Origin: an uncultured Ruminococcus sp.
GTDB lineage: Bacteria > Bacillota > Clostridia > Oscillospirales > CAG-382
Assembly (NCBI GenBank): GCA_964549435.1
Contig: CAZJVB010000003.1
Coordinates: 21,722 to 85,721, forward strand
Direction of reading: 5' to 3'
Length of the DNA stretch: 64,000 nt
The notes under the pieces were generated by a model. That model ran no database searches and was not told where the DNA came from. It was given only the letters and a program-made list of their open reading frames with translations. The position numbers and the translations under genes are program-made. This document shows, piece after piece, positions 9,441 to 19,776 of the stretch (position 1 is the first letter of the stretch; the number at the start of each line of letters is the position of its first letter).

Positions 9441-10496
9441 TTAATGACCGATTTCCGATTCCATATCGTCCGTCAACAGCAACCGACGCCCCTCGTGAAT
9501 AGCACGGTCCGCAACGACCACCGTCCGGAACGCATCGTAGACCGCGTCAATCGGTACGACGCCCTCTCCTCCGTTCTCAATCATGTCGATCAAATTCAGA
9601 TACTGCCCATACATATCCTTATAAACGGAATCATAGTTCAAAAGCACATCCGGTTTATCCGGATCGCCGTAACGAACACAGATCAAATCCTTGTCCTTCA
9701 CACCGTCGGTACGATTTGCCGCCATGGTCAGTGTGATGTGTCCCTTGGTGCCGATGAAATCCTTGTCCTGATTGGAGGAAAGGTTCCTGCTCCAGCCCAC
9801 CTCGTAATAGCCGCGGCAGCCGTTGGCAAGTTCCATCGTCATAAGCTGGTAATTATCAATCGGTGCATCCTCATCCAATTTGGCAGAAATTCCGCTGACT
9901 GCGACAATCGGAGAACCCGTAAACCATTGCATTACATCCGCATAATGCACGCCGCAATCGATCAGAGGCGGACAGTCCTCCATCAAACGCAGAAAGCGCT
10001 GCCACGAGTGACCCGGTTCTCCGGCACGGTGACTTTGGTTCATCCGCACCATGCGCAACTCTCCGATCTCCCCGCTGTCAATCAACGCTTTGATCTTGCG
10101 ATAGGACTGGTTGTATCGCAAAACATAGGAAACAGACACCTTGCAGTCGGAAGACTTGACCAGCCGGACAAATTCCCGCGCATCCGCAAGGTTGGTCGCA
10201 ATCGGCTTTTCGCAGATCACGTGCTTGCCATGCGCAAGGCAATCGCGCAGAATGGAAAGATGCGTGTCCGTATACGTCGCAATGATGACAATTTCCACAC
10301 GCGGATCGGAAAGAAACGGGCGGTAATCCGTCCCGCTGGTTTCGGCGCCATAACGGCGGGCAAATTCTGAAGCAACCGCCGCATCGTTATCTATTGCAGC
10401 AAGGAAATGTGCTTCCTTTTTGTCATAAATGTCTTCTATATGCTGACCGCCGATGTGTCCGCAGCCAATCAGCATAACGCCGTAGGATTTACTCAT
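9441..10496 (-). CDS. Gfo/Idh/MocA family oxidoreductase
   Basis: IGCGHIG, HVICEKP, DCGVHYAD. Confidence 0.9.
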   Translation of the reverse strand: MSKSYGVMLIGCGHIGGQHIEDIYDKKEAHFLAAIDNDAAVASEFARRYGAETSGTDYRPFLSDPRVEIVIIATYTDTHLSILRDCLAHGKHVICEKPIATNLADAREFVRLVKSSDCKVSVSYVLRYNQSYRKIKALIDSGEIGELRMVRMNQSHRAGEPGHSWQRFLRLMEDCPPLIDCGVHYADVMQWFTGSPIVAVSGISAKLDEDAPIDNYQLMTMELANGCRGYYEVGWSRNLSSNQDKDFIGTKGHITLTMAANRTDGVKDKDLICVRYGDPDKPDVLLNYDSVYKDMYGQYLNLIDMIENGGEGVVPIDAVYDAFRTVVVADRAIHEGRRLLLTDDMESEIGH

Positions 10497-10578
10497 AAAA
10501 TTAGATCCTCATGGCTTTGGGCATGCTCCGGCGAACCGGCTCCCGCACCCCCAAAACGCAACAATTTATGACCTCCGC

Positions 10579-11175
10579 TCAGTTCTTTCCTGCAACGTCC
10601 GCACCGTTAATCAACGCGGTATCCGATTCGACAAAGCGCGTCGCAAGAGCGGTTACCTCCTCCAGCGTAATGCTGGACGGATGACGGATCCAATCAAGAT
10701 ACGTATGGAGCGCACCGGAGACAAGATTCATCAGAGAAAGCCGCAGCGCGGCGCCGTCCAGCGAGGAGGTTCCGCGATAGACGGAAAAGAGCTTCTCCAT
10801 CACGCTGTCGCCCACGGTACGGACAAAATACGCGCAGGTATTTTCCAGACAGAAGGAACGGAAAAATTCCATATTCGCCGCAATCTTTTCCTGCAGCTGT
10901 GCAAAGAATTTCGCAGGCACAAACGTGCCGTCCTCCGTATAGGAAGCATCGATCGCTGCACAGAAGCCGTCGCGTAATTTCTTCTCAATCTCATCCGCAA
11001 CATCCTTAATGCAGGCATAGTGCAGATAGAATGTTTTCCGGTTGATGTCCGCACGAGAAGTCAATTCTGTGATCGTGATATCATCCAGTTCCCTTTCGGC
11101 CAGTAACTGCATCAAAGCGTTGCAGATGGCTCGCTTCGTTTTAATAATTCGTCTGTCAACTTTTGTTCTGGGCAT
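10579..11175 (-). CDS. TetR/AcrR family regulator
   Basis: DRRIIKTK..ITITELTSRADINRKTFYLHY helix-turn-helix. Confidence 0.9.
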   Translation of the reverse strand: MPRTKVDRRIIKTKRAICNALMQLLAERELDDITITELTSRADINRKTFYLHYACIKDVADEIEKKLRDGFCAAIDASYTEDGTFVPAKFFAQLQEKIAANMEFFRSFCLENTCAYFVRTVGDSVMEKLFSVYRGTSSLDGAALRLSLMNLVSGALHTYLDWIRHPSSITLEEVTALATRFVESDTALINGADVAGKN

Positions 11176-11333
11176 CGCTCATTCCTCCTTGTGGTCCCAT
11201 GAAAAATTGAAAAAAATATATTTTTTCTGAATGTGCATTATTATACCACATTCTTATGTATTTTGCTATCTAATTTTGAAAAAAATTTTGCGCTTATTTT
11301 TGGCATTTTCGACGAAAGGTGCGCAGTGACTCC

Positions 11334-12233
11334 TTAGAGTACCTTGCTCAGAAATTCTTTCGTCCGTTCATTCTGCGGAGACGAGAAAAGCTGCGCAGGC
11401 GGCGCTTCCTCAGCAATCAGTCCGCCGTCCATAAACAGGACGCGGTCCGCCACCTCGCGTGCAAACCCCATTTCATGCGTCACGACCACCATGGTCATCC
11501 CCTCGGCAGCGAGCGCCTTCATCACGTCCAGCACTTCGCCAACCATTTCGGGATCCAGCGCAGAGGTCGGCTCGTCAAAAAGCAGCACCTCCGGCTCCAT
11601 GCAAAGCGCGCGGATAATCGCGATGCGCTGCTTTTGTCCGCCGGAAAGACTGGCGGGATAGGCGTCCCGCTTTTCGGAAAGACCGATACGGTCCAGCAGC
11701 TCTATCGCCTTCGCTTCTGCCTCGGCAGGCGTCTTGCGCTTCAGCTGAACAGGCGCGAGCATAAGATTCCGAAGCACCGTCATGTTCGCAAACAGGTTGA
11801 AATGCTGAAAGACCATGCCAATCCGTTGCCGCGCAAGATTGATATCTACCCGGCTCTGTTTTTCGATCTGCCGCAGCAGACGGCGGTATTCCCCGTTTTC
11901 CCGTCTGCTCAGCAGCCTCTCCTCCCGGAGCCGCACAAGACTCTCGTCCGGAGAAAGACCGTTCGCCCGCAGACGTGCAAATGCGTGGGAAGCTTCCATC
12001 ACCTCGCGGTGCAGGTAGGGATCCGCAGGCGTCAGCAGCCGATCCTCCAGCCAGACCTCTCCGCAGGTCGGCTGCTCCATCTGGTTGATACAGCGTAAAA
12101 ACGTACTTTTCCCACCGCCGGACGGTCCGATCACTACCACGCGCTCACCGCGCGCAATCTCACAGGAGATCCCGCGCAGAACGCGGTTTTTTCCAAAATC
12201 CTTATACAGGTTTCTAACGCTGATCACCGGCAC
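11334..12233 (-). CDS. Polar amino acid ABC transporter ATPase (GlnQ-like) with internal insertion
   Basis: [47 protein letters not shown]. Confidence 0.92.
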   Translation of the reverse strand: MPVISVRNLYKDFGKNRVLRGISCEIARGERVVVIGPSGGGKSTFLRCINQMEQPTCGEVWLEDRLLTPADPYLHREVMEASHAFARLRANGLSPDESLVRLREERLLSRRENGEYRRLLRQIEKQSRVDINLARQRIGMVFQHFNLFANMTVLRNLMLAPVQLKRKTPAEAEAKAIELLDRIGLSEKRDAYPASLSGGQKQRIAIIRALCMEPEVLLFDEPTSALDPEMVGEVLDVMKALAAEGMTMVVVTHEMGFAREVADRVLFMDGGLIAEEAPPAQLFSSPQNERTKEFLSKVL

Positions 12234-12906
12234 GCAGCCTCCTTTCCAGAAATTTCATACAGAAAGTCAGGAGGTAAACGATCGCGAGATAAAACAGCGC
12301 CGCAACACTCATCGGAACAAGGTAACTCGCCATATTGTTGCCGCCGCCGATCACCTTCGCCGCCATCGTCAGATCGTACATCCCGATCATGCTGACGATC
12401 GACGTCTCCTTAATCAACGCAATCAACTCATTGCCGATCGTGGGCAGTACATTTTTAATCGCCTGCGGAATCACGATCCGGAACATGGTGGTTCGTCCGG
12501 ACAGTCCGAGCGCGCGGCCGGCCTCCGTCTGCCCGACATCCACCGACAGAATACCGGCACGAATATTCTCCGCCACATAAGCGCCCGAATTGACGCCGAA
12601 TGCAAGGATTGCCGTCACGAGCACCGGAAACCCGCGAATGGCAAAAATAACGTATGCCATGATGAACAGCTGCAGCGCCATCGGCGTTCCGCGGATGACG
12701 GTAATATAGAGCCGGCAAATAAACTTCGGCAGCAGCATTACGCGGCTTTTCGGCGCGATGGTCACCAGCGCGACGATAGAGCCGAGCAGCAGGCCCAGCA
12801 GCGCGGCGGCAACGGAAATCACAACCGTCATCTTCAACCCGCTGAGAATGCTGTCCATGTATTTCTGGGTCGTGAACAACTCCCCGACTTTTTGCAGAAA
12901 ATCCAT
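12214..12906 (-). CDS. Amino acid ABC transporter permease
   Basis: [32 protein letters not shown] loop. Confidence 0.92.
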   Translation of the reverse strand: MDFLQKVGELFTTQKYMDSILSGLKMTVVISVAAALLGLLLGSIVALVTIAPKSRVMLLPKFICRLYITVIRGTPMALQLFIMAYVIFAIRGFPVLVTAILAFGVNSGAYVAENIRAGILSVDVGQTEAGRALGLSGRTTMFRIVIPQAIKNVLPTIGNELIALIKETSIVSMIGMYDLTMAAKVIGGGNNMASYLVPMSVAALFYLAIVYLLTFCMKFLERRLRAGDQR

Positions 12907-13036
12907 TGCTATGTATCTTCCTTTCCCGCCGTCCGGAAGGAGGCGCTATGCAGGAAATTAGGAAAACAGGAAAAGGGAAGGGAAGGTCCGCGGAAAGAAA
13001 ACTTGCTGCGAACCTTCCTTGTTCAGTCCTTTCGGT

Positions 13037-13972
13037 TTATGCCAATCCCATGTGCTCCATAATCATTTTATCGATCTGCGTCTCTCCGTCCTCGCCCACC
13101 TGCATCAGATCGGTCAGGACCTCATTGATCGCCTCCAGCAAGGCCGTGTTCCCCTTGGTGACGCAAATTGCATACTGCTCCTCCGTCGGAGAATCGGCTT
13201 CCCCGTCCTCCCCCTTATAGTAAAGCGGCAGGCAGGAGAGTCCGCTGTTCTTCTCAGTAATGAACTGCGCAGGCAGTTCGTCAACGATCACGTAATCGAT
13301 CTGATATGCGCCGATCGCATCCGCAGCAAGCTGTGCGTTGTCATAGCAAACCAGCTCGGTATTGGTGTTGTAAAGAACACCGTTGTAACCGTAATCCGGA
13401 TCGCTCTCGGTGGCATTGATCTCTCCGTCAGCATAAATCATGCCCGTCGTATCCGTCTGTACGCCCAGCTTCTTGCCGGCAAGCGCATCCCAGAGAATAT
13501 AGGAATCGTCGGTGATCTCCGGCGCGTTGTCCGTCGCATAAATGACGTACTGCACAGAGGTATAGTACGGAATCGAGAAATCCACCTTCTCCTTGCGTTC
13601 GTCGGTGACGGTAATCCCGGCGGCGCCGCAATCACAGACCTTGCCGGCAGCCACGTTGTCCACGATCGCGGAAAATTCAACATTGACAAACTCGATCTCC
13701 GCGTTCAGTTTCTCACCAACCAGCGCCATGACGTCAACATCGACGCCCTTGATTTCCGTGCCGTCAAAATATTCAAACGGCGCAAAAAACGCATTGGTAT
13801 GAACGATGACCTTTTCCGTTCCTGCGGAAGCCGTTCCGGAAGCGGCGGACGTGCCGGACACGGTTCCGGAGGTCTCTGCGGTGTCATTGCAGGCGGCAAA
13901 TACCAACGGAAGCGCCGCGACGAGGACGACGGCAAGCAACGTCGTCAGAAGAGTTTTCAACGTATGTTTCAT
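13037..13972 (-). CDS. Amino acid ABC transporter substrate-binding lipoprotein
   Basis: Lipobox FAAC, FAPFEY, GVDVD, ITVTDERKEKVDFS. Confidence 0.92.
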   Translation of the reverse strand: MKHTLKTLLTTLLAVVLVAALPLVFAACNDTAETSGTVSGTSAASGTASAGTEKVIVHTNAFFAPFEYFDGTEIKGVDVDVMALVGEKLNAEIEFVNVEFSAIVDNVAAGKVCDCGAAGITVTDERKEKVDFSIPYYTSVQYVIYATDNAPEITDDSYILWDALAGKKLGVQTDTTGMIYADGEINATESDPDYGYNGVLYNTNTELVCYDNAQLAADAIGAYQIDYVIVDELPAQFITEKNSGLSCLPLYYKGEDGEADSPTEEQYAICVTKGNTALLEAINEVLTDLMQVGEDGETQIDKMIMEHMGLA

Positions 13973-14094
13973 AATCTAACACCTCTCTGTTTGATTTCAT
14001 ATGTTCCCTATTATATACGCATATTTATACAATGTCAAGGGGTAACTGTCGATTTACCCTGAATTTTTTCCGAATCCAAGGAACCGCTCCGGCT

Positions 14095-14123
14095 TGACAG
14101 AGCCGATCGCCATATGCTATACT
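14095..14123 (+). promoter_or_regulatory. sigmaA-type promoter for the YitT gene (a divergent one at 14010-14038 drives the ABC operon)
   Basis: TTGACA-17-TATACT with TG; the opposite strand has TTGACA-17-TATAAT. Confidence 0.7.
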
Positions 14124-14158
14124 TGCAGTATTCTGATCTTTTCGGAGGATCCTTTATC

Positions 14159-14857
14159 ATGACATTCGGGCGGTTCCGAAGCTATACGCAAACCATCAAA
14201 ACCTTGTTTCTGCGGGACCTGACGGGAAAAAAGGCGGCAATGGCGCTTTTCGGAAGCGCCATCCTTGCGTTCGGGCTCTACCATATCCACTCCCATGCGG
14301 ACATCACGGAAGGCGGCGTGCTGGGGATGACGCTGCTGCTGCAGCACTGGTTCGGCATCTCGCCGGCGCTGTCCGGCTTTCTTATGAACGGTGCCTGCTA
14401 TGTGCTCGGCTGGCGATTTCTGGGCAACGGGTTCATCGCCTGCTCCGTGGTGGCGGGCGGCGGCTTTTCTTTATTCTATGCGCTGTTCGAACAGTTTGAT
14501 CCGCTCTGGCCGCAGCTTTCGGAATATCCCGCGATCGCGTCGATTGCAGGAGCGCTGTTCGTCGGCATCGGTGTCGGGCTTGCCGTCCGCGCCGGCGGTG
14601 CACCCGGCGGAGATGACGCGCTGTCGATGGCGCTTTCCGCTAAAATAAACGTGCCGATCCAATGGGTTTATCTCGCAGGCGATTTGCTGGTACTGGGACT
14701 GTCGCTCACCTATCTTCCGCTCCGCAAACTGCTCTGGTCGCTGGTCACCGTGCTGCTGTCCGGACAACTGGTCGGGCTGGTATCCCGGAAAAGAAAGACG
14801 AAAAGGATGCGCGGTGCGATAACACCTGCAGACGGTTCGCAGACAGATCCCGACTGA
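14159..14857 (+). CDS. YitT family membrane protein
   Basis: EGGVLG, GGAPGGDDAL, multiple TM helices; GGAGGA RBS. Confidence 0.85.
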   Translation: MTFGRFRSYTQTIKTLFLRDLTGKKAAMALFGSAILAFGLYHIHSHADITEGGVLGMTLLLQHWFGISPALSGFLMNGACYVLGWRFLGNGFIACSVVAGGGFSLFYALFEQFDPLWPQLSEYPAIASIAGALFVGIGVGLAVRAGGAPGGDDALSMALSAKINVPIQWVYLAGDLLVLGLSLTYLPLRKLLWSLVTVLLSGQLVGLVSRKRKTKRMRGAITPADGSQTDPD

Positions 14858-14884
14858 TTCCGGCCTTTTTGCAAACAGCAAACT

Positions 14885-14912
14885 GGGGGCGCCGCTTGAA
14901 AGCGGCGCCCCC
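14885..14912. terminator. Hairpin between convergent genes
   Basis: gggggcgccgct-tgaa-agcggcgccccc. Confidence 0.65.
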
Positions 14913-14924
14913 TCATTGACGGCA

Positions 14925-15110
14925 TTACTCCACCGGAATTGCGGTAACGGAATACCACCCGTCGGGATTTTCCACCGAGGTTTCCGTGAGCGAGCCGGGA
15001 AACCACTTTTCGGCATCACTCGTCGCATTGTCTTTATCCTTCCCGCCGCAGCTTCCGAGAAACAGGCAGAGCAGGAGCAGAACAAACGCCGCTGACAACC
15101 ATTTCTTCAT
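14925..15110 (-). CDS. Small lipoprotein, possibly truncated
   Basis: MKK + hydrophobic stretch + LGSC lipobox; AAGGGG RBS. Confidence 0.6.
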   Translation of the reverse strand: MKKWLSAAFVLLLLCLFLGSCGGKDKDNATSDAEKWFPGSLTETSVENPDGWYSVTAIPVE

Positions 15111-15137
15111 CTCTTACCGTTCCCCTTTCTCATGCTT

Positions 15138-16253
15138 TCAGCGCGCTCCCGAAAATCGCTCCGCGACCTCCCGCAGCCCGCGCCGGATCGGCAGTCCCTG
15201 CGGACATACCGACTCACAAAGTCCGCAGCCGATGCAGTCCGACGGTGCGCCTCCGTGCGCAAGCAGTGCACGGTAGTCTGACGGCTCCGCCTGCTCCCTG
15301 CGATTATACAGTGCAAACAGCTCCGGTATCGCAATGGCCGCCGGACATCCCGCCGTACAGTACGAGCAGCCGGTACAAGGAATTGCAATACCCGCACGGA
15401 GCCAATCCGCAACGCGCTTCAACAGCCCCTGCTCCTCCCCGGTCAGCGGCTCAAACACCTTCATATATGACAGGTTATCCCGCAGCTGCGCCGGATTGCT
15501 CATACCGGACAGCACGACACGCACACCCGGCAATCCCGCCGCGAAGCGGATCGCCCAGGACGCTTCCGACCAATCGGGATGCGCCCGCCGCAGCAGGCAG
15601 GAAGCGCCCGCAGGCAAAGTTGCCAGCGTTCCGCCCTTAACGGGCTCCATAACGACGATCGGCTTGCCGTGCCGGCGCGCCGTCTCGTAGCAGAGACGGG
15701 ATTGTACCGTTTCGCTTTCCCAGTCAAGATAGTTGATCTGCAACTGCACGAAATCCATCTCCGGATGCTCGGTCAACACGCGCTCCAGCATATCCGCGCT
15801 GTCATGAAAGGAAAAGCCGATCTGCTTCACCAGCCCACGCGCCTTCTTTTCGCGCAGCCATGCATAGCAATCCAGTTCCCGGTAAATTTTTTCGTGCGCC
15901 TCACGAATATCATGCAACAGGTAATAATCGAAATACCCCGCGCCCGTCTTGCGGAGCTGCTCATGAAAAATGCCGTCACGGTCCTCCTTGGACTTGAGAA
16001 ATCCGGCATGCAGCTTATCCGCCAGCGTAAAGCTGTCCCGCGGATGCCGGTTGACCAACGCCTCCTTCACCGCGTTCTCGCTGCGAAAATTGCAGTACAT
16101 CCACGCCGTATCAAAATAAGTAAATCCGGCGGCAAGAAATTCGTCCGCCATCTGACCGACCAGCCCGACGTCAATGCTTCCCCGATCCTCCGCGTTCGTC
16201 AGCGGCAGCCGCATCAGCCCGAAGCCCAGCTTCTTTTCCCTCTGTTCCATCAT
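15138..16253 (-). CDS. Aldo/keto reductase with C-terminal 4Fe-4S domain
   Basis: GFGLMRLP, YFDTAWMY, VMEPVKGG, CTGCSYC, CIGCGLCESVCP. Confidence 0.9.
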   Translation of the reverse strand: MMEQREKKLGFGLMRLPLTNAEDRGSIDVGLVGQMADEFLAAGFTYFDTAWMYCNFRSENAVKEALVNRHPRDSFTLADKLHAGFLKSKEDRDGIFHEQLRKTGAGYFDYYLLHDIREAHEKIYRELDCYAWLREKKARGLVKQIGFSFHDSADMLERVLTEHPEMDFVQLQINYLDWESETVQSRLCYETARRHGKPIVVMEPVKGGTLATLPAGASCLLRRAHPDWSEASWAIRFAAGLPGVRVVLSGMSNPAQLRDNLSYMKVFEPLTGEEQGLLKRVADWLRAGIAIPCTGCSYCTAGCPAAIAIPELFALYNRREQAEPSDYRALLAHGGAPSDCIGCGLCESVCPQGLPIRRGLREVAERFSGAR

Positions 16254-16286
16254 ATGCCCGCCTTTCCTTTCGTTGCTTCCGCCCGT

Positions 16287-16988
16287 TTAAAGTCCGCCGC
16301 CGACATCCAGAACGGCGCCGGTAATATAAGAGGCGTCGTCAGATGCAAGAAACAGCAGCGCAGAAGCTACCTCCTCCGGAGAACCGAAGCGCTCCAGCGG
16401 AATGCCATCCGCCAGCTCCTCCGCTTCCGCGACAGTGAGACGGTCGTTCATTTTGGTATTGATGACGCCCGGACAGACACAGTTGACACGCACCCCCGCA
16501 GGTCCGACCTCCTTCGCCAGCGCACGGGTGAACCCGATCAGCGCCGCCTTGGAAACGGAATAATCCACCTCACAGCTGCCGCCAGTTTCCCCAAATATGG
16601 AGGAAACATTCAGGATACAGCCGCTTTTCCGGGACAGCATCCCGCGCAGCAGAAGCCGCGACAGCGTCAGCGGAGCCAACAGGTTTACTTCGTAAAGCGC
16701 GCGTTCCTGCTCCTCCGTTACCAGATCGAACAGGGCAAACAGATCCACCGCAGCATTGTTGATCAGCACGTCCGTCTCCGGAAACGCCGCTGCAAGCGCT
16801 TTGGTCTGCTCCCGGTCACGCAGGTCCGCACAGTAAAGCTCCGCGCCCGGCAGTTCCTTCGCCAGCGCCTCCGCCGCCTGCCTTCCGTTATGGTAATGCA
16901 GCACGACACGCCAGCCCGACCGGTGAAATGCGCGCGCCGCAGCAGCACCGATTCCGCCCGACGCGCCGGTGATGAGTACGGTTTTCAT
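16287..16988 (-). CDS. SDR oxidoreductase, FabG/YmfI-like
   Basis: TGASGGIG, NNAA, SCEVDYSVSK (YxxxK). Confidence 0.88.
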   Translation of the reverse strand: MKTVLITGASGGIGAAAARAFHRSGWRVVLHYHNGRQAAEALAKELPGAELYCADLRDREQTKALAAAFPETDVLINNAAVDLFALFDLVTEEQERALYEVNLLAPLTLSRLLLRGMLSRKSGCILNVSSIFGETGGSCEVDYSVSKAALIGFTRALAKEVGPAGVRVNCVCPGVINTKMNDRLTVAEAEELADGIPLERFGSPEEVASALLFLASDDASYITGAVLDVGGGL

Positions 16989-17881
16989 TCCGCGTCCTTT
17001 CCGGCGTTCTGCTCTTCAAGCAGCGCGCTCAAGTCCTCCTTCGTATAGCGGTATACCGCATCACAGAACTGGCAGCGCAGCTCCGTCGACTCCTGCGGAT
17101 CGTCGATCAGTTCCTGCAGCTGCTGCCTGCCGAGCGAAAGCAGCGCGCGATCCGTCCGATCCCGCGAGCAGTCGCAGCGATAGGAGCATGCAAAGCCATC
17201 GAACAAATCGTAGGGGATCCCTCGCAGGGATCCTGCAAGCAGCTCCTCCAGACTGCCCTCTGACAATGCCGCCGTAACCGGTCTCTGCAATTTCGCATTG
17301 TTCTCCAGCGTCTCGACAACCGTCGGATCGGCAAACGGCAAGAGCTGCACAAGCAAACCGCCCGCCGTCTTGCAGGAGCCATCGGTATCCACCAGCACGC
17401 CGAGAGCACAAACGGTCGGAATCTGTTCGCTGGCGGCATAATAATACGCAATATCCTCCGCGATCTCGCCGGAGTGAATTTCCGCAACGCCGCGGAACGG
17501 TTCCTTCCCGCCGGTATCGCGCAGCACAGACAAAACCCCTCTGCCTACACAGCGCGCCACATCCAGCTTCCCGTCCGATTCCCGCAGCGGATAATCACAG
17601 GACGGATTTCCGATGAGTCCGCGCACATTTCCCATATAGTCGCTGGAGGCGAGGATGGTTCCGCCCCCGCCGTCTCCCTGAAAACGAACCGTCAGCAGGT
17701 CCTCCTGCTCGCCCATCATGCTGCCCATCAGTGCGGTTGCCAGCAGCACGCGTCCCAGCGCCGCCGTCGCGGTCGGCGCAGTATGGTGTATCGCAATCGC
17801 GCGGTTTACAATATCCCGCCCTTCAATGGCAAACGCCCGCGCGGAGCCGTCTGCGGTCATGGCGCGTATGATTCTTGACAC
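16985..17881 (-). CDS. hslO: Hsp33 redox-regulated chaperone
   Basis: ATAALGR, SGEIAEDIAYYYAASEQ, CDC..CQFC zinc motif. Confidence 0.95.
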   Translation of the reverse strand: MSRIIRAMTADGSARAFAIEGRDIVNRAIAIHHTAPTATAALGRVLLATALMGSMMGEQEDLLTVRFQGDGGGGTILASSDYMGNVRGLIGNPSCDYPLRESDGKLDVARCVGRGVLSVLRDTGGKEPFRGVAEIHSGEIAEDIAYYYAASEQIPTVCALGVLVDTDGSCKTAGGLLVQLLPFADPTVVETLENNAKLQRPVTAALSEGSLEELLAGSLRGIPYDLFDGFACSYRCDCSRDRTDRALLSLGRQQLQELIDDPQESTELRCQFCDAVYRYTKEDLSALLEEQNAGKDAE

Positions 17882-17915
17882 AAGCGTTCCTCTTTTCTCC
17901 GTTTCGGCTTTCTTC

Positions 17916-19124
17916 CTATTCCCGGCGGGCGGTCACCGCCCCCTTCGCCAGTCGGACGGTAAAGCGTTCCTCCGGCTGCAGCTCATCGGCAGAGCGGATC
18001 ACCGCTCCGGTCTCGTTCAGTGCGACGGCATAGCCGCGCTCCAGCACCGCAAGCGGATTGAGGGACTGCAGCTTTGCCTCCTGCAGATGCAATTGCTGCT
18101 TTTTTCGTTCCTCCGACACAGACACCGCACGGCCAAGCCGTTCCTCCAGCTGCGCGACAAACTGCTTCCGCTCGTCAAAATACGCACGCGGAGACGTCAT
18201 CACCGGACGGGAGGCAAGCGCCTGCAGCCGCTGGGACAGAACCTGCACGCTGGCTGCGACGGAGCTCGCCAGCTTCTCCTGCAAATTGCCGAATTTTCTT
18301 GTCAGATCTGCCGCGTCCGGCACCGCCAGCTCGGCGGCTGCGGACGGCGTGGGCGCGCGCAAATCCGCGACAAAATCGCAGATGGTAAAGTCGATCTCAT
18401 GACCGACGGCGGAGATAACCGGCGTGCGGCAGGCATAGATCTCCCGCGCCAGCAGCTCGTCATTGAAGCACCAAAGATCCTCCATCGAGCCGCCGCCCCT
18501 ACCGATCAGGATCACATCGCAGAGCGCGTTCTGATCCAGCAGACGCAGCGAGGCAATCAGCTCCGCAGGCGCTCCCGGTCCCTGCACGGTTGCAGGCGCA
18601 AGCAGAAGCTTTGCAGCAGGAAACCGCCGGCGGGTGACATTGATCATATCCCGTACCGCCGCGCCGTTTGCCGCCGTGATGATGCCCACGCGAAAGGGAA
18701 TCTTCGGAATGCGCTTCTTATGCTCCGGATCAAACAGCCCCTCGGCCTCCAATCTGCGTTTCAGCTGTTCAAACGCAATCGCCAGCGCGCCTACGCCGTC
18801 CGGCTCGATGCTGTCCGCGTAGAATCGGTACTGCCCGTCCCGCACAAAAACCGAAACGCGCCCGGTACAAAGCACCTTCATTCCGCTCTCCGGCTTGAAC
18901 CTCAGCTTAGAAGCACCGCCGAACATGGTTGCCGGGATGGTAGACTTTTCATCCTTGAGCGTAAAGTAAATATGCCCGCTCGCACCGTACACCCGCACGT
19001 TGGACAGCTCGCCCCTCACCGTGACATGCGCCAGCAGCGGCGCCCCCGCGAGATAATCCCGGATATAGGTATTCAATTGCTCGACGGTCAGCGCCTGTAC
19101 GCCGCCCTGCTCTCTATCCTGCAT
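17916..19124 (-). CDS. xseA: Exodeoxyribonuclease VII large subunit
   Basis: SGHIYFTLKD, GRGGGSMEDLWCFNDE, SAVGHEIDFT, APTPSAAAE. Confidence 0.95.
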   Translation of the reverse strand: MQDREQGGVQALTVEQLNTYIRDYLAGAPLLAHVTVRGELSNVRVYGASGHIYFTLKDEKSTIPATMFGGASKLRFKPESGMKVLCTGRVSVFVRDGQYRFYADSIEPDGVGALAIAFEQLKRRLEAEGLFDPEHKKRIPKIPFRVGIITAANGAAVRDMINVTRRRFPAAKLLLAPATVQGPGAPAELIASLRLLDQNALCDVILIGRGGGSMEDLWCFNDELLAREIYACRTPVISAVGHEIDFTICDFVADLRAPTPSAAAELAVPDAADLTRKFGNLQEKLASSVAASVQVLSQRLQALASRPVMTSPRAYFDERKQFVAQLEERLGRAVSVSEERKKQQLHLQEAKLQSLNPLAVLERGYAVALNETGAVIRSADELQPEERFTVRLAKGAVTARRE

Positions 19125-19160
19125 CTGCCGCACCCCTTCTTCTGCATTTCCGCCCCCCGT

Positions 19161-19562
19161 TTATGCGCGGGAACGAATCACCTTTGCCAGCACGCCGTTG
19201 ATGAACGGAATCGCCTTGTCCGCGTCAAGCAAACGGGCAAGCTCCAGCGCTTCATTGACGGCGATCTCCTCCGGCGTCCGCTCCGGCAGGAAGCACAGCT
19301 CGCAGACGGAAAGCCGCAGAATTGCAAGCGATACCTTATTGATCCGCCCGAACCGCCAGTTATCCGAGGCGGACGCAATTCTTTCGTCGATCTCCGGCAG
19401 ATACCGCACCGCCGTTTCCGCCAGCTGGCGCGCAAATCCGCTGGTTTCCTCTCCGCGCTCCTCCACCGCCGTATTCACAATCTCCGCAACCGTTTTTTCC
19501 GGCTGTACCGCATATTCATACAGATAGCAAACCGCTTTTTCCCTTGATTCCCGTCTTGTCAT
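19161..19562 (-). CDS. nusB: Transcription antitermination factor NusB
   Basis: RRESRE N-terminus, AILRL, IAVNEALELA, FINGVL. Confidence 0.93.
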   Translation of the reverse strand: MTRRESREKAVCYLYEYAVQPEKTVAEIVNTAVEERGEETSGFARQLAETAVRYLPEIDERIASASDNWRFGRINKVSLAILRLSVCELCFLPERTPEEIAVNEALELARLLDADKAIPFINGVLAKVIRSRA

Positions 19563-19776
19563 ATGGAATTGTCCCTCTGTCTGTTTTGATGGATTCAGTA
19601 TACCATCTTCCGGGCGGAATGTCAATTCCTTTTTCCCGTTTGCTCTTTGCAGAAACACATAAAAAAGCGGAAAAAAGATTTGACAAGCGCACGGAGATAT
19701 GCTATACTGCATTCTGTATAGAAATATCGCCGCAATGGCAAAAATCAAAAACAAAAAAGGATGAGCGAACACAAGT

